The translations under genes were made by a program, and so were the position numbers. Source: Candidatus Aerophobota bacterium (GTDB lineage: Bacteria > Aerophobota > Aerophobia > Aerophobales > B3-G15). Taken from it: DNA of 33,653 nt. The DNA is taken from assembly GCA_014859225.1 (NCBI GenBank), contig JACUUP010000003.1:1-33653 (forward strand), in the 5' to 3' direction. The notes beneath the pieces are model-generated. The model did no database searches. It had not been told where the DNA came from and saw nothing but the letters and a program-made list of their open reading frames with translations. Positions 18,727 through 28,129 of this stretch are shown here, piece by piece (the first letter of the stretch is position 1; each line of letters opens with the position of its first letter).

Positions 18727-19722
18727 ATGAATTTTAACACGGTAAAAGGTCAAAATTTAAGTATAGAAAGGATTCAAGCTGATATAGAGCAAGGCAGGAT
18801 TTGTGGAGCTTATCTTTTTAGCGGTCCTCCTGGTGTGGGAAAAAAAATGGTAGCTATTTGCTTTGCTAAAGCTTTAAACTGCAAAAAAAATAACTTTAGA
18901 GGATGTGAGGAGTGTTCATCCTGTCTTAAAATGGAAAAAGATGCTCATCCCAATCTTCGTATAATTTTCCCTGAGAAAGAGTCCATTAAAATTGAGCAAA
19001 TTCGTAATTTAAAGGCAGAATCAGGATATAAAATTTATGAGGGAAAAAGGAGAGTGTGGATTATAGATGAAGCTGATAAACTGACACAGGAGGCGGCTAA
19101 TTCTTTGCTTAAGATTATGGAGGAGCCTCCCTCTGACCTTATCTTAGTTTTAATTACCCACATTCCCAGGACACTTCCTTCTACTATTATTTCAAGATGC
19201 AGGACTATTCAGTTTTCAAGATTAGCCGACCGGGAGGTAACTGAGATTCTAAGGGAAAAAAGCGTGCTATCCAATAACCTGATTTCTCTGGTCAGCCAGT
19301 TAGCCCGGGGGAGTATAAGTGAGGCTTTAAAGTTTACCCAGAGTGAAGAAATTCTGCGGGAAAGAGAGGTAATTTTTAATTTAATTAAGAAAAATAAATC
19401 CTTATCCTCTCAGGTCTTTAAACTCTCAGAAAGGTGGAGCGGGAAGCAAAGAGCAGATATTGAGACACTGCTAAATATTCTTTTATTCTTTCTTAGAGAT
19501 ATTCTAATACTCAAGGTGGATGGACAGGCTTTTATTTTTAATCGGGATAAGCTAACCGATTTACTTAATTTGAAAGATAACTACTCGTTTTCTACTCTTT
19601 ACAGGAGCATAGAGGCAGTGGAGCAAAGTAAGGTTTTCATCAAGGCTAATGTGTCAACTCAGCTTGTTCTTGAGACAACGTGGATGAAAATTCTTTATCC
19701 TGAACAGTTAACTTATCCTTAA
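18727..19722 (+). CDS. holB: DNA polymerase III delta' subunit
   Basis: AYLFSGPPGVGK, zinc motif C..CEECSSC, HPN, AANSLLKIMEEPP, TIISRC; follows tmk. Confidence 0.93.
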   Translation: MNFNTVKGQNLSIERIQADIEQGRICGAYLFSGPPGVGKKMVAICFAKALNCKKNNFRGCEECSSCLKMEKDAHPNLRIIFPEKESIKIEQIRNLKAESGYKIYEGKRRVWIIDEADKLTQEAANSLLKIMEEPPSDLILVLITHIPRTLPSTIISRCRTIQFSRLADREVTEILREKSVLSNNLISLVSQLARGSISEALKFTQSEEILREREVIFNLIKKNKSLSSQVFKLSERWSGKQRADIETLLNILLFFLRDILILKVDGQAFIFNRDKLTDLLNLKDNYSFSTLYRSIEAVEQSKVFIKANVSTQLVLETTWMKILYPEQLTYP

Positions 19723-20188
19723 TGTTCTGAAAACGGACCTCTCCAATCCCGGAAACTTCTTTTACTTGAGAGAGTTCCTCAAATCCTCCAATTTTTTCTC
19801 TGTAGGCTACTATTCTCCTGGCAAGTTCCGGTCCAATTCCCGGCAAATGGGTTAAATCATTTATCAAAGCTTTGTTTAAATTTAATTTGCCTTCCGGTAT
19901 ATGATAAACTGTGTTTGAGGATAAAGGAGAAGATAAATTAATACCAGAAAGATTAGCCCAGGGCAGGGTCCCTCCTGCCTCATCTATTAAATTTTTTAAA
20001 AAGGAGCCTTGCGGAACTTTGTGCCATCCTGGCTCTTTTACTGCTCCATCAACTTTTACCAGGATGAGGGTAGGAGGGTAGGGAGCTTGCGTGGGTATTC
20101 CTCCCATAAATTTTATGGCTAAACCTGCAGTTAAAGCGCAGATTAGTAAAAGAAGCACCAGCTGTTCCTCTTTCTTAAGATTCCACAT
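19646..20188 (-). CDS. comEA: ComEA-like DNA-binding protein (TM + SLBB + helix-hairpin-helix)
   Basis: N-terminal TM segment, VKVDGAVKEPG SLBB-like motif, LPGIGPELARRIVAYR and VSGIG HhH motifs. Start set at ATG 20188 just after leuS. Confidence 0.85.
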   Translation of the reverse strand: MWNLKKEEQLVLLLLICALTAGLAIKFMGGIPTQAPYPPTLILVKVDGAVKEPGWHKVPQGSFLKNLIDEAGGTLPWANLSGINLSSPLSSNTVYHIPEGKLNLNKALINDLTHLPGIGPELARRIVAYREKIGGFEELSQVKEVSGIGEVRFQNIKDKLTVQDKEFSSTLSQEQAELTH

Positions 20189-20196
20189 TAGCCCAA

Positions 20197-22641
20197 TTAG
20201 TCTAAGACGATATTGATAAGTTTTCCCGGGATATGGACTATTTTTTTTATGCACCTACCCTGGATGTGCTTTTGAACCCTTTCTCTGTTTAAAACTTTTC
20301 TCTCCACATTTTCCTTATTTTCCCGGGTGGTGATGAAAAACCTATCTCTTAGTTTTCCATTTATCTGAACTACAAGAGTTACCTTGTCGCTTCTTAGCAG
20401 TTTTTTTCTATATTCTGGCCATCTCAAGTAACAGAGGTCTTCTTTGTAACCCATTCTTTCTGCAAGTTCCTGGGCAATATGTGGGCAGAAAGGATAAAGA
20501 AGTGTGGTAAGAACCTGAAGAGATTCCTGGAAAAGGAGACTTTCTTTTTCGGGATAAAGGTAAAGATAGTTAACAAATTCCATCAAGCAGGCTAAAGCAG
20601 TATTGAAATGGAAGCGCTCTTCAATATCCTGCGTTACCTTTTCTATGGTTTTATTGACCATTTTTTGCAGCTCTTTTTCTTTTCCCTCCCTGTTCTCGCT
20701 GTAAGTTTCCTCTAATTTTTTCTTCCAGTTGCTTGCATATTCCGTGACCAATCTCCAGACCCGCGTGAGGAATCTATTTATACCTTCCAATCCTTCTTTT
20801 TTCCATTCAAGGTCAGCCTCAGGTGGGGCAGCAAAAAGAATAAAACCCCTTAATGTATCTGCTCCATACCTGTCAATTATATCCTGAGGGTCAACCACAT
20901 TCCCTTTAGATTTAGACATCTTGGCTCCATCCTTAACTACCATTCCCTGGGTAAGAAGGCGGGTAAAAGGCTCTTTTATTTTTACAAGGCCCATATCCCT
21001 TAGAGCTTTAGTGAAAAAACGAGAATACAAAAGGTGTAGTATTGCATGCTCAATACCTCCTATGTACTGGTCAACAGGCATCCAGTAACCTGCCTCACGC
21101 GAATCAAAGGGAAAGCTATCCCCTTTTAAACTTGCGTAGCTGAAAAAATACCAGGACGAATCAACAAAGGTGTCCATAGTATCAGTCTCTCTTTTTGCTT
21201 TTTCCCCGCACACCGGACAGTGGCACTGGACAAACTCTTTTACTTTCTCAAGAGGAGAGCCTCCCTTTCCTGTAATTTTAATATTAAAGGGAAGTTCTAC
21301 CGGAAGGTCTTTCTCTGGAACAGGGAGCGTTCCACATTTTGAACAGTAAATGATAGGGATAGGAGTTCCCCAGTAGCGCTGACGGGAAATGCACCAGTCT
21401 CGTAATTTGTAGCGAACCTGGAAAGTGCCTATTTTGTTTTCTTTCATCCACTCACTCATTTCTTTCCTTGCCTTATCACTTGCCATTCCACTAAACTTTC
21501 CTGACTTAACCATTTTTCCTTCCCCCACATAGCTCTGTTCTAAATTTTCCCCATGCAAGTTTTTATCAGGGGGACAAATCACTACTCTTACTGGCAGGTT
21601 ATATTTCTTGGCAAATTCAAAGTCTCTCTCATCATGAGCTGGAACAGCCATTATAGCTCCTGTTCCGTATTCCATCAACACATAGTTTGCTATCCAGATA
21701 GGGATTTTTTCTTTATTCACAGGATTAATTGCCCAAAGATTTGTAAAGATACCTCTTTTTTCTACTTCTCCCTTAATTAACTGTTCCTGACGCATTCTTT
21801 CAATTTCAGATTTCAAAGAAGGATTTTTTTTTGCTATTTTCTCTGAAAAAGGATGGGAAGGGGAAAGCACAAGGTAGGTTGCACCAAACACCGTGTCTGG
21901 ACGTGTAGTGTACACAGGTAATTTTTCTCCATTATGAAAGATAGAAAAATCAATTTGCACCCCTTCACTTTTACCTATCCAGTTATCCTGCATTTTTTTC
22001 ACAGCAACAGGCCAGTTGTCCATATTTTTCATCTCTTTTAGGAGCTCATCAGCGTATTGGGTGATTTTAAAAAACCACTGTTTTAGACTTTTCTGAGTAA
22101 CGGGTGTTGCGCATCTGTAACATTTACCCTGTTCAACCTGCTCATTAGCAAGAACGGTAGAACAGGTTGAACACCAGTTAGCAGGTGTTTTTTTCCGATA
22201 AACAAGCCCTTTTTCGTAGAATTTCAGGAAAAACCACTGATTCCAATGGTAATAATCCTTATCACAGGTTATAACCTCTCTGTCCCAGTCGTAAGAGAAC
22301 CCCAATCTTTTAAGCTGGCGGCGAAAGGTGTCTATGTTGGAGTATGTCCAATCTTTGGGATGTATTTTTTTTTCAATTGCTGCGTTTTCTGCTGGTAGAC
22401 CAAAAGCATCAAATCCAATAGGGTGAAGAACATTAAACCCTTGCATTCTTTTATAGTGAGCAACTACATCACCTATGGTGTAGTTGCGGACATGACCTAT
22501 GTGGATACCTCCCGATGTATAGGGAAACATCTCTAACATGTAGTATTTTTCACCCTGGTAAGGATGGGAAGCAAAGGTTTTTTCTTTTTCCCAGTGTTTT
22601 TGCCATTTTTCCTCAACTATTTTCGGGTCGTAGTCTATCAT
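20197..22641 (-). CDS. leuS: Leucyl-tRNA synthetase
   Basis: MFPYTSGGIHIGH, GFDAFGLPAENAA, TTRPDT, GTGAIMAVPAHDERD, DWCISRQRYWG, KMSKS, VVQINGKLR. Confidence 0.98.
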   Translation of the reverse strand: MIDYDPKIVEEKWQKHWEKEKTFASHPYQGEKYYMLEMFPYTSGGIHIGHVRNYTIGDVVAHYKRMQGFNVLHPIGFDAFGLPAENAAIEKKIHPKDWTYSNIDTFRRQLKRLGFSYDWDREVITCDKDYYHWNQWFFLKFYEKGLVYRKKTPANWCSTCSTVLANEQVEQGKCYRCATPVTQKSLKQWFFKITQYADELLKEMKNMDNWPVAVKKMQDNWIGKSEGVQIDFSIFHNGEKLPVYTTRPDTVFGATYLVLSPSHPFSEKIAKKNPSLKSEIERMRQEQLIKGEVEKRGIFTNLWAINPVNKEKIPIWIANYVLMEYGTGAIMAVPAHDERDFEFAKKYNLPVRVVICPPDKNLHGENLEQSYVGEGKMVKSGKFSGMASDKARKEMSEWMKENKIGTFQVRYKLRDWCISRQRYWGTPIPIIYCSKCGTLPVPEKDLPVELPFNIKITGKGGSPLEKVKEFVQCHCPVCGEKAKRETDTMDTFVDSSWYFFSYASLKGDSFPFDSREAGYWMPVDQYIGGIEHAILHLLYSRFFTKALRDMGLVKIKEPFTRLLTQGMVVKDGAKMSKSKGNVVDPQDIIDRYGADTLRGFILFAAPPEADLEWKKEGLEGINRFLTRVWRLVTEYASNWKKKLEETYSENREGKEKELQKMVNKTIEKVTQDIEERFHFNTALACLMEFVNYLYLYPEKESLLFQESLQVLTTLLYPFCPHIAQELAERMGYKEDLCYLRWPEYRKKLLRSDKVTLVVQINGKLRDRFFITTRENKENVERKVLNRERVQKHIQGRCIKKIVHIPGKLINIVLD

Positions 22642-22659
22642 TTTTGTTTTTCATTCTCC

Positions 22660-22734
22660 TGGAGCCGGCGATAGGAATTGAACCTACAACCTGCTGATTA
22701 CGAATCAGCTGCTCTTCCTTTGAGCTACGCCGGC
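22660..22734 (-). tRNA. tRNA-Thr(CGT)
   Basis: Cloverleaf GCCGGCG...CGCCGGC-T-CCA; anticodon arm GCTGA-TTCGTAA-TCAGC; T-loop TTCAATT; CCA encoded. Confidence 0.96.
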
Positions 22735-22753
22735 TATATTATGGGTGATACTT

Positions 22754-22781
22754 ATATTATTTAATCAAACTCTCATGTCAA
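22754..22781 (-). promoter_or_regulatory. Promoter of tRNA-Thr-leuS
   Basis: Minus strand TTGACA (22781-22776), 16 nt, TAATAT (22759-22754). Confidence 0.7.
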
Positions 22782-22866
22782 GTAATTAAATGCGAGACTC
22801 TTTTTCATTTAAAATTTGACCGTCTTCATTTTTTTTGTAAGATAATTTCTAAAAAAGAGGGTTTCT

Positions 22867-23229
22867 ATGTTTTTCTGGAAGAAAAAAAAGAAGGAAGAAA
22901 AAAGAAAGAAAAAGGAAGAAGTTAGCGAGCAGGAAATTGAACAGATAATTGGTGAGTATATGAGTTCAACGAAAGAGATAGTGGGAAGATACCTTCCCCG
23001 AAGGATGCGCAGGACTTTGAGTAAAAATAAAGGTTGGGGGAGTTTGTCCGCATCCGAAAGAAAAGCCCAAATTAAGGAAGCTAAACAGGAAGGTTTAAGC
23101 AACTGGCTGGAACAAACTACAGAGGAGACTTTTGACGAGATTTCCTCATTTGTCTCTGAGAGCGCTTCCCTTGAGGAGGAGCTGCGGGCTAAGTTAAAAG
23201 AATTTAAGAAAAAGTGGAACATAAGGTAA
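22867..23229 (+). CDS. Hypothetical protein (charged, helical)
   Basis: 120-aa ORF with GAGGG RBS and upstream TTGACC-16 nt-TAAGAT (22816-22843); no family recognised. Confidence 0.7.
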   Translation: MFFWKKKKKEEKRKKKEEVSEQEIEQIIGEYMSSTKEIVGRYLPRRMRRTLSKNKGWGSLSASERKAQIKEAKQEGLSNWLEQTTEETFDEISSFVSESASLEEELRAKLKEFKKKWNIR

Positions 23230-24160
23230 CTTTTTTCTCCACCCAGTCTATTACAACTTTTTCCAGACAGGTTTTTTGTAGGTGGTTTATCTCGGGTATG
23301 CCCGCTGGACTTGTAACATTTATCTCTACTATTTTTTCTCCTATAATGTCTAATCCGGCAAAATAAATTCCCTCTTTTATGAGACGGGAAGATAAATGCT
23401 GGCAGAGCTTTTCATCCTGAGCGGTAATTTTGGTCTGGACATACTTTGCCCCCCGATGAATATTGGCTCTGTAATCATTAGCAGGCGGGACTCTGCACAT
23501 GGCTCCAAGGGGTTTTCCTTCTAAAAGAAGTATTCTTTTGTCTCCCTCTTTTACCTGAGGTAAAAATTCCTGGGCAATCACAAATCTTTCACCTTCCTCA
23601 GTGGCTGTTTCAAGAAGGGAGTTGAGATTTATATCCTCTCCCCTTAGATAAAGGATTCCTTTTCCACTGCAGCTGTTGAGAGGTTTTACAACCATCTGTC
23701 CATCCACCTCACGCAGAAATTTTTTTAGTTGGCGTGGGTCTTTACTTACAAAACATCTGGGAGCAAATTCAGGAAAATTAAGGATGTAAAGTTTCTCGTT
23801 AGCATCTCTTATTCCCCGGGGGCTGTTAATGACCAGGGCAGGGGACGCATACTCCAGGATATAGGTTGCATAAAGATAATCAAGGTCAAAAGGAGGGTCT
23901 TTTCGGATGAATATGGCATGAAATGTATCCAGACTTAACATTTCTGGGTCATTCATAATAAATTTATCCTTTTTCCTCTCCGATATCTGGCGCACTTTAC
24001 CCCGGGCTTCATTTGCTTGAAGTTCAAGGTCTTTTATCTGCAGGTAGTATACTTTGTGTCCCCTTCCAAGACATTCCATAATTAAACAACAGCTTGTATC
24101 CTCATCAATACTGTCCAGCTTCTCAAAAGGGTCCATAATAAATGCTATGTTTAAACTCAT
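23204..24160 (-). CDS. gshB: Glutathione synthetase
   Basis: IAFIMDP, RKDPPFD..YLYATYILE, NSPRGIRDANEK, GDKRILL, RANIHRG, EINVTSPAG. Start moved to ATG 24160 (AGGGGTG RBS). Confidence 0.93.
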   Translation of the reverse strand: MSLNIAFIMDPFEKLDSIDEDTSCCLIMECLGRGHKVYYLQIKDLELQANEARGKVRQISERKKDKFIMNDPEMLSLDTFHAIFIRKDPPFDLDYLYATYILEYASPALVINSPRGIRDANEKLYILNFPEFAPRCFVSKDPRQLKKFLREVDGQMVVKPLNSCSGKGILYLRGEDINLNSLLETATEEGERFVIAQEFLPQVKEGDKRILLLEGKPLGAMCRVPPANDYRANIHRGAKYVQTKITAQDEKLCQHLSSRLIKEGIYFAGLDIIGEKIVEINVTSPAGIPEINHLQKTCLEKVVIDWVEKKVTLCSTFS

Positions 24161-24176
24161 TTTCACCCCTGTTAAA

Positions 24177-24238
24177 TTTATACCAGTAAAATGGGGCGAG
24201 TCAAGGATGTTTGACATAAGGGTGCCGGGATGCATAAT
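24177..24238. promoter_or_regulatory. Back-to-back divergent promoters for gshB and gshA
   Basis: Plus: TTGACA (24211-24216), 16 nt, CATAAT. Minus: TTGACT (24204-24199), 16 nt, TATAAA. Confidence 0.6.
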
Positions 24239-24273
24239 ATAGTTTAACTAAATTATGAGCAAAAACAGGACAC

Positions 24274-25614
24274 ATGCAAAAGATAATTACCCATAGAAAG
24301 CAGCTTGTGGAGTATTTCTTGAACTCATCTACACCAGAGCAAATGTCAAAGATAGGAGGGGAGTTTGAAAAATTAGGTGTTTTCAAGCATTCTAAGGAAG
24401 CGATTTCCTATACAGGCAAAAAAGGAGTGGCTGCAGTTCTTTCTGGATTGAGTCAAAGATATGGATGGGAACCGATTAGAGAAGAAGGCAGTATTATTGG
24501 CCTTTTCAGGGGAACTAAAAATATAACTTTAGAGCCCGGTGGGCAGATAGAGTTAAGCGGCAGCCCTTTGGACAACGTTCATCAGGTAAAAAAAGAGGTG
24601 GAGGAGCACTTAAGAGAAATTAAATCTATTTCAGAGCCCCTGGGTATAAAGTGGCTAGGGTTGGGAATGCAGCCTGTAAGTAAACTAAAAGATATACAGT
24701 GGGTTCCCAAAAATAGATACAGGATTATGGTTCCTTATATGGAAAAACATGGAAAACTCAGTCACTATATGATGAAAAAAACTGCCTCAATTCAGGTAAA
24801 TCTGGACTATCTGGATGAGGAAGATTTTTCTACCAAGATGGGAACAGCCTTAAAGCTTGTGCCTATTATCACTGCCATTTTTGCTAATTCCCCTGTATCC
24901 GAAGGAAAATTAAATGGATTTTTAAGCAAAAGGGCTTGTATATGGAATTATACAGACCCTGCCCGCTGCCATCTAATTAATAAGCGATTTTTCTTAAAGC
25001 CACGATTCTCCTCCTATGTTGACTATGCTCTGGATGTTCCAATGTTCTTCATCCTGAGAGATGAGGGGTGGATTGAGGTTAAAAATACGACTTTTTCTAA
25101 ATATCTGAAAGAAGGATATCAAGGTTACAGGGCTACCTTGGATGACTGGGAACTTCATCTTTCCACAATATTTACAGAGGTAAGGGTTAGAAGCTATATA
25201 GAGATAAGAAATGCCGACTGTCAAAGGATGGAACTTCTCCCTGCTATTCCGGCCCTGTGGAAGGGAATATTATACAGCAAAAACTCCCTTGCTGAAGTTT
25301 TATCTTTATTAAAAGGTGTTTCGTGGGAAAATATTTGTGAGCTCTACCGTGTGGTTCCTCACCAGGGCCTGAGGACTAAAATAGAAAAAGTAAGATTGCT
25401 TGATCTTGCCAAGGAAATTTTAAAAATAGCCCGGGCTGGGTTAAAAGAACAGGAAAAGCTGAACGATAAAGGAGAAGATGAGAGTATTTACCTTGCCCAA
25501 CTTATGCAGCTTCTCATAGAGGATGAGCTTTGCCCGGCTGAGGTGATAATCAAAAACTGGAAGGGAAGCTGGCACGCCTCCATTGATAAGTTAATTGAAT
25601 ATAGCTCCTACTAA
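24274..25614 (+). CDS. gshA: Glutamate-cysteine ligase (GCS2; alphaproteobacterial/plant-like type)
   Basis: IGGEFEK, ITLEPGGQIELSG, PKNRYRIM, TASIQVNLD, AIFANSP, HLSTIFTEVR..YIEIRNAD, PALWKGILY; divergent from gshB. Confidence 0.92.
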   Translation: MQKIITHRKQLVEYFLNSSTPEQMSKIGGEFEKLGVFKHSKEAISYTGKKGVAAVLSGLSQRYGWEPIREEGSIIGLFRGTKNITLEPGGQIELSGSPLDNVHQVKKEVEEHLREIKSISEPLGIKWLGLGMQPVSKLKDIQWVPKNRYRIMVPYMEKHGKLSHYMMKKTASIQVNLDYLDEEDFSTKMGTALKLVPIITAIFANSPVSEGKLNGFLSKRACIWNYTDPARCHLINKRFFLKPRFSSYVDYALDVPMFFILRDEGWIEVKNTTFSKYLKEGYQGYRATLDDWELHLSTIFTEVRVRSYIEIRNADCQRMELLPAIPALWKGILYSKNSLAEVLSLLKGVSWENICELYRVVPHQGLRTKIEKVRLLDLAKEILKIARAGLKEQEKLNDKGEDESIYLAQLMQLLIEDELCPAEVIIKNWKGSWHASIDKLIEYSSY

Positions 25615-25645
25615 CATTTCTTTCTTGATAAAGGGTGCACCTATA

Positions 25646-25710
25646 GTAGGACAGGCAAGATACCTATCCTACCAGGGGTGGACAACGTAGCGTAGGATAG
25701 GTGTCTTGCG
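25646..25710. repeat. REP-like inverted doublet (copies 2a and 2b)
   Basis: GTAGGACAGGCAAGATACCTATCCTAC (25646-25672) and CGTAGGATAGGTGTCTTGCG (25691-25710); 25655-25672 and 25692-25709 are reverse complements at 17 of 18 positions. Confidence 0.75.
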
Positions 25711-25760
25711 AATCCTTGCCATGTATCCACCTTATGCTAAAATTAAAGGAAAAGTTCAAA

Positions 25761-26786
25761 ATGCAAAAAGAAAACAAAGTGAAAGTATCGGTAATTGGAG
25801 CGACTGGATATACGGGGGTGGAGCTTGTGAGGCTTTTGCTCAAGCATCCTGGAGTTGAAATAGATACTTTGACCTCAGAGAGCTTTGCCGGTAAAAAGAT
25901 ATCCGAGGTTTACCCCCAGGTTAAATGCGACATAGTGTGTGAGTCTCTGAATATTGATAAAATCAGCTCCCCCCTTGTTTTTACCGCTCTTCCCCATGGA
26001 AAATCAGCTAAGGTAGTGGGGAAATTATTTGACCGGGGGGTTAAAATAGTTGATTTTTCTGCCGATTTTCGTCTACATGATGCCGGGGTTTATCAAAGCT
26101 GGTATGGAATTTCTCATGCAAGAGAGGACCTTTTATCAGAAGCGGTGTATGGTCTTCCTGAAATTTACCGCGAGAAGATAAAGCAGGCTTTACTTGTGGC
26201 AAATCCCGGGTGTTACCCCACCTCAATTATTCTTGCCCTTGCTCCTTTGCTTAAGAATAAATTAATTAAGAGAGAAGGATTGGTTGCCGATTCAAAATCC
26301 GGGGTAAGTGGAGCAGGTAGGACTCCTACATTAGAAACTCATTTTCCCGAGGTGAGTGAGAATATTAATGCTTACAATGTGGCAGGTCATCGCCATCTTC
26401 CCGAGATAGAACAGGAACTTACCAAAATTGCAAATGAGAACGTGACGCTCACTTTTGTTCCTCATCTTATTCCTGCAAATCGGGGCATTCTTTCCACCTG
26501 CTATGTGGACCTTGTAAAAAAAATGAGCACAGAAGAGGTGCTGGATATTTACACGAAATTTTACGGAAAAGAGCCATTTGTTGAAGTTCTCCCTCCAGGT
26601 TTTTTCCCTCATACCAGGGAAGTTATCTGGTCCAATAGATGCAGGATTGGTCTTTATGTTGATAGGAGGGATGATAAAGTAGTGGTAATCTCGGCAATTG
26701 ATAATTTGGTTAAAGGAGCATCAGGGCAGGCTATCCAGAATATGAATCTTATGTGCGGATTTGACGAGGATTTGGGCCTTGAGTGA
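25761..26786 (+). CDS. argC: N-acetyl-gamma-glutamyl-phosphate reductase
   Basis: IGATGYTGVEL, ALPHG, DFSADFR, ANPGCYPT, SGVSGAGR, HRHLPEI, IDNLVKGASGQAIQNMN. Start set at ATG 25761. Confidence 0.97.
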   Translation: MQKENKVKVSVIGATGYTGVELVRLLLKHPGVEIDTLTSESFAGKKISEVYPQVKCDIVCESLNIDKISSPLVFTALPHGKSAKVVGKLFDRGVKIVDFSADFRLHDAGVYQSWYGISHAREDLLSEAVYGLPEIYREKIKQALLVANPGCYPTSIILALAPLLKNKLIKREGLVADSKSGVSGAGRTPTLETHFPEVSENINAYNVAGHRHLPEIEQELTKIANENVTLTFVPHLIPANRGILSTCYVDLVKKMSTEEVLDIYTKFYGKEPFVEVLPPGFFPHTREVIWSNRCRIGLYVDRRDDKVVVISAIDNLVKGASGQAIQNMNLMCGFDEDLGLE

Positions 26787-26813
26787 GTGGAAAAAAGCAA
26801 AGGAGGACAAAAG

Positions 26814-28046
26814 TTGATAAGTATCCAGGGAGGTGTAACTTCTCCTTTGGGGTTTCAAGCATCAGGAGTTCACTGTGGAATAAAGAAAAACAGCCCTGAC
26901 CTTGCACTCATCTACTCAGAGTTTCCGGCAGTGGCAGATGGTATGTTTACCACAAATAAGGTAAAGGCTGCACCCGTTATACTTTCCCAGAAAAAAATGC
27001 GCAAAGGACAGGCAAGGGTAATCGTGGCTAACAGTGGAAATGCCAATGCCTGCACGGGTAAAAAAGGGTTTGAGAATGCGCTAAGAATTTGCCAGATGGC
27101 AGCTGAGATTCTTGGTATTGACAGCCGTGAAGTTCTGGTAGCCTCAACCGGTGTAATAGGCGAGCAGCTTCCTATGGACAAAGTGGAGAACGGTATAAGG
27201 ATGGCTGCAAAAGAGCTTTCCTCTCAGGGCAGTCGTCAGGCTGTAGAAGCTATCCTTACCACTGATACCAATATAAAAGAGCTGGCACTTGAGACAGATA
27301 TTTCTGGACAGGGAAAAAAGAAGGTTAAAATAGGAGGAATTGCCAAAGGCTCAGGTATGATAGCTCCCAACCTTGCCACCATGCTCTGTTTTATCACTAC
27401 CGATGCCTGTATCACCCGTGATGCTCTAAGAGAAGCTTTGCAAAGAGCGGTAGACAAATCTTTCAACCAGATAAGTGTAGATGGGGATATGAGCACAAAT
27501 GATACGGTAATTATTCTTGCTAATGGGAAAGCGGGAAACAAGAAAATTAAGACCTGGAGAAAAAAACCCACTCTCAGGGTAAAAGATGTAAACTTTGAAA
27601 AATTTTGTGAGAGCCTGGAGCATCTTTGCATATATCTTGCCAAATCCATAGTTAAGGATGGCGAAGGTGCTACAAAGATGTTTGAGGTAAAAGTAGAGCA
27701 AGCCCCTTTCCCCCAGGATGCAAGACGCGTAGCCAGGGCGGTAGCTGATTCTAATCTGGTAAAGACAGCTATTGCCGGTGCTTCTCCCAACTGGGGAAGG
27801 ATAATGGCCGCCTTAGGCTCCGCCCATACCAGGATAAGGCCAGAAAGGGTGGATATATTAATCAATGATGTATTGGTAGTTAGAAATGGCGAGTCAGAGG
27901 GAGCCTCTTTATCCAGCCTGAGGGAAGTTTTATCCGCTGATAACATAAAAATTTTAATTAAACTCAATCAAGGCATGTGTGAAGCCAGTTTCTGGGGATG
28001 TGACTTAACGGAAAAATATGTAAAAATCAACAAAAGATATATTTAA
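26814..28046 (+). CDS. argJ: Ornithine acetyltransferase / N-acetylglutamate synthase ArgJ
   Basis: NSGNANACTG, STGVIG, AKGSGMIAPNLATML, DGDMSTND, DGEGATK, NWGRI, GCDLT. AGGAGG RBS favours TTG 26814. Confidence 0.97.
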   Translation: MISIQGGVTSPLGFQASGVHCGIKKNSPDLALIYSEFPAVADGMFTTNKVKAAPVILSQKKMRKGQARVIVANSGNANACTGKKGFENALRICQMAAEILGIDSREVLVASTGVIGEQLPMDKVENGIRMAAKELSSQGSRQAVEAILTTDTNIKELALETDISGQGKKKVKIGGIAKGSGMIAPNLATMLCFITTDACITRDALREALQRAVDKSFNQISVDGDMSTNDTVIILANGKAGNKKIKTWRKKPTLRVKDVNFEKFCESLEHLCIYLAKSIVKDGEGATKMFEVKVEQAPFPQDARRVARAVADSNLVKTAIAGASPNWGRIMAALGSAHTRIRPERVDILINDVLVVRNGESEGASLSSLREVLSADNIKILIKLNQGMCEASFWGCDLTEKYVKINKRYI

Positions 28047-28129
28047 GCTGTATGCTTGAGGAAAGCTGAGATTAACTCTAAATGGGGTGTGCAGATGGGC
28101 TCTGAAACATTTAAATAAATATTGGTAAA

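Noticed and set aside
22515-22697. 60-aa ORF ending LEPAIGIEPTTC
   Set aside because: Translation of the antisense strand of tRNA-Thr and leuS.
22809-23222. 137-aa minus-strand ORF
   Set aside because: Shadow of the plus-strand 120-aa gene, which has the promoter and RBS.
25646-25710. Possible mini-CRISPR array
   Set aside because: Copies are inverted rather than direct, only two are adjacent, and there are no cas genes.
27236-27967. 243-aa minus-strand ORF, and similar antisense ORFs over the EF-G paralog, fabH, plsX, acd, apgM and the epimerase
   Set aside because: They lie fully opposite well-supported genes and have no motifs or RBS.
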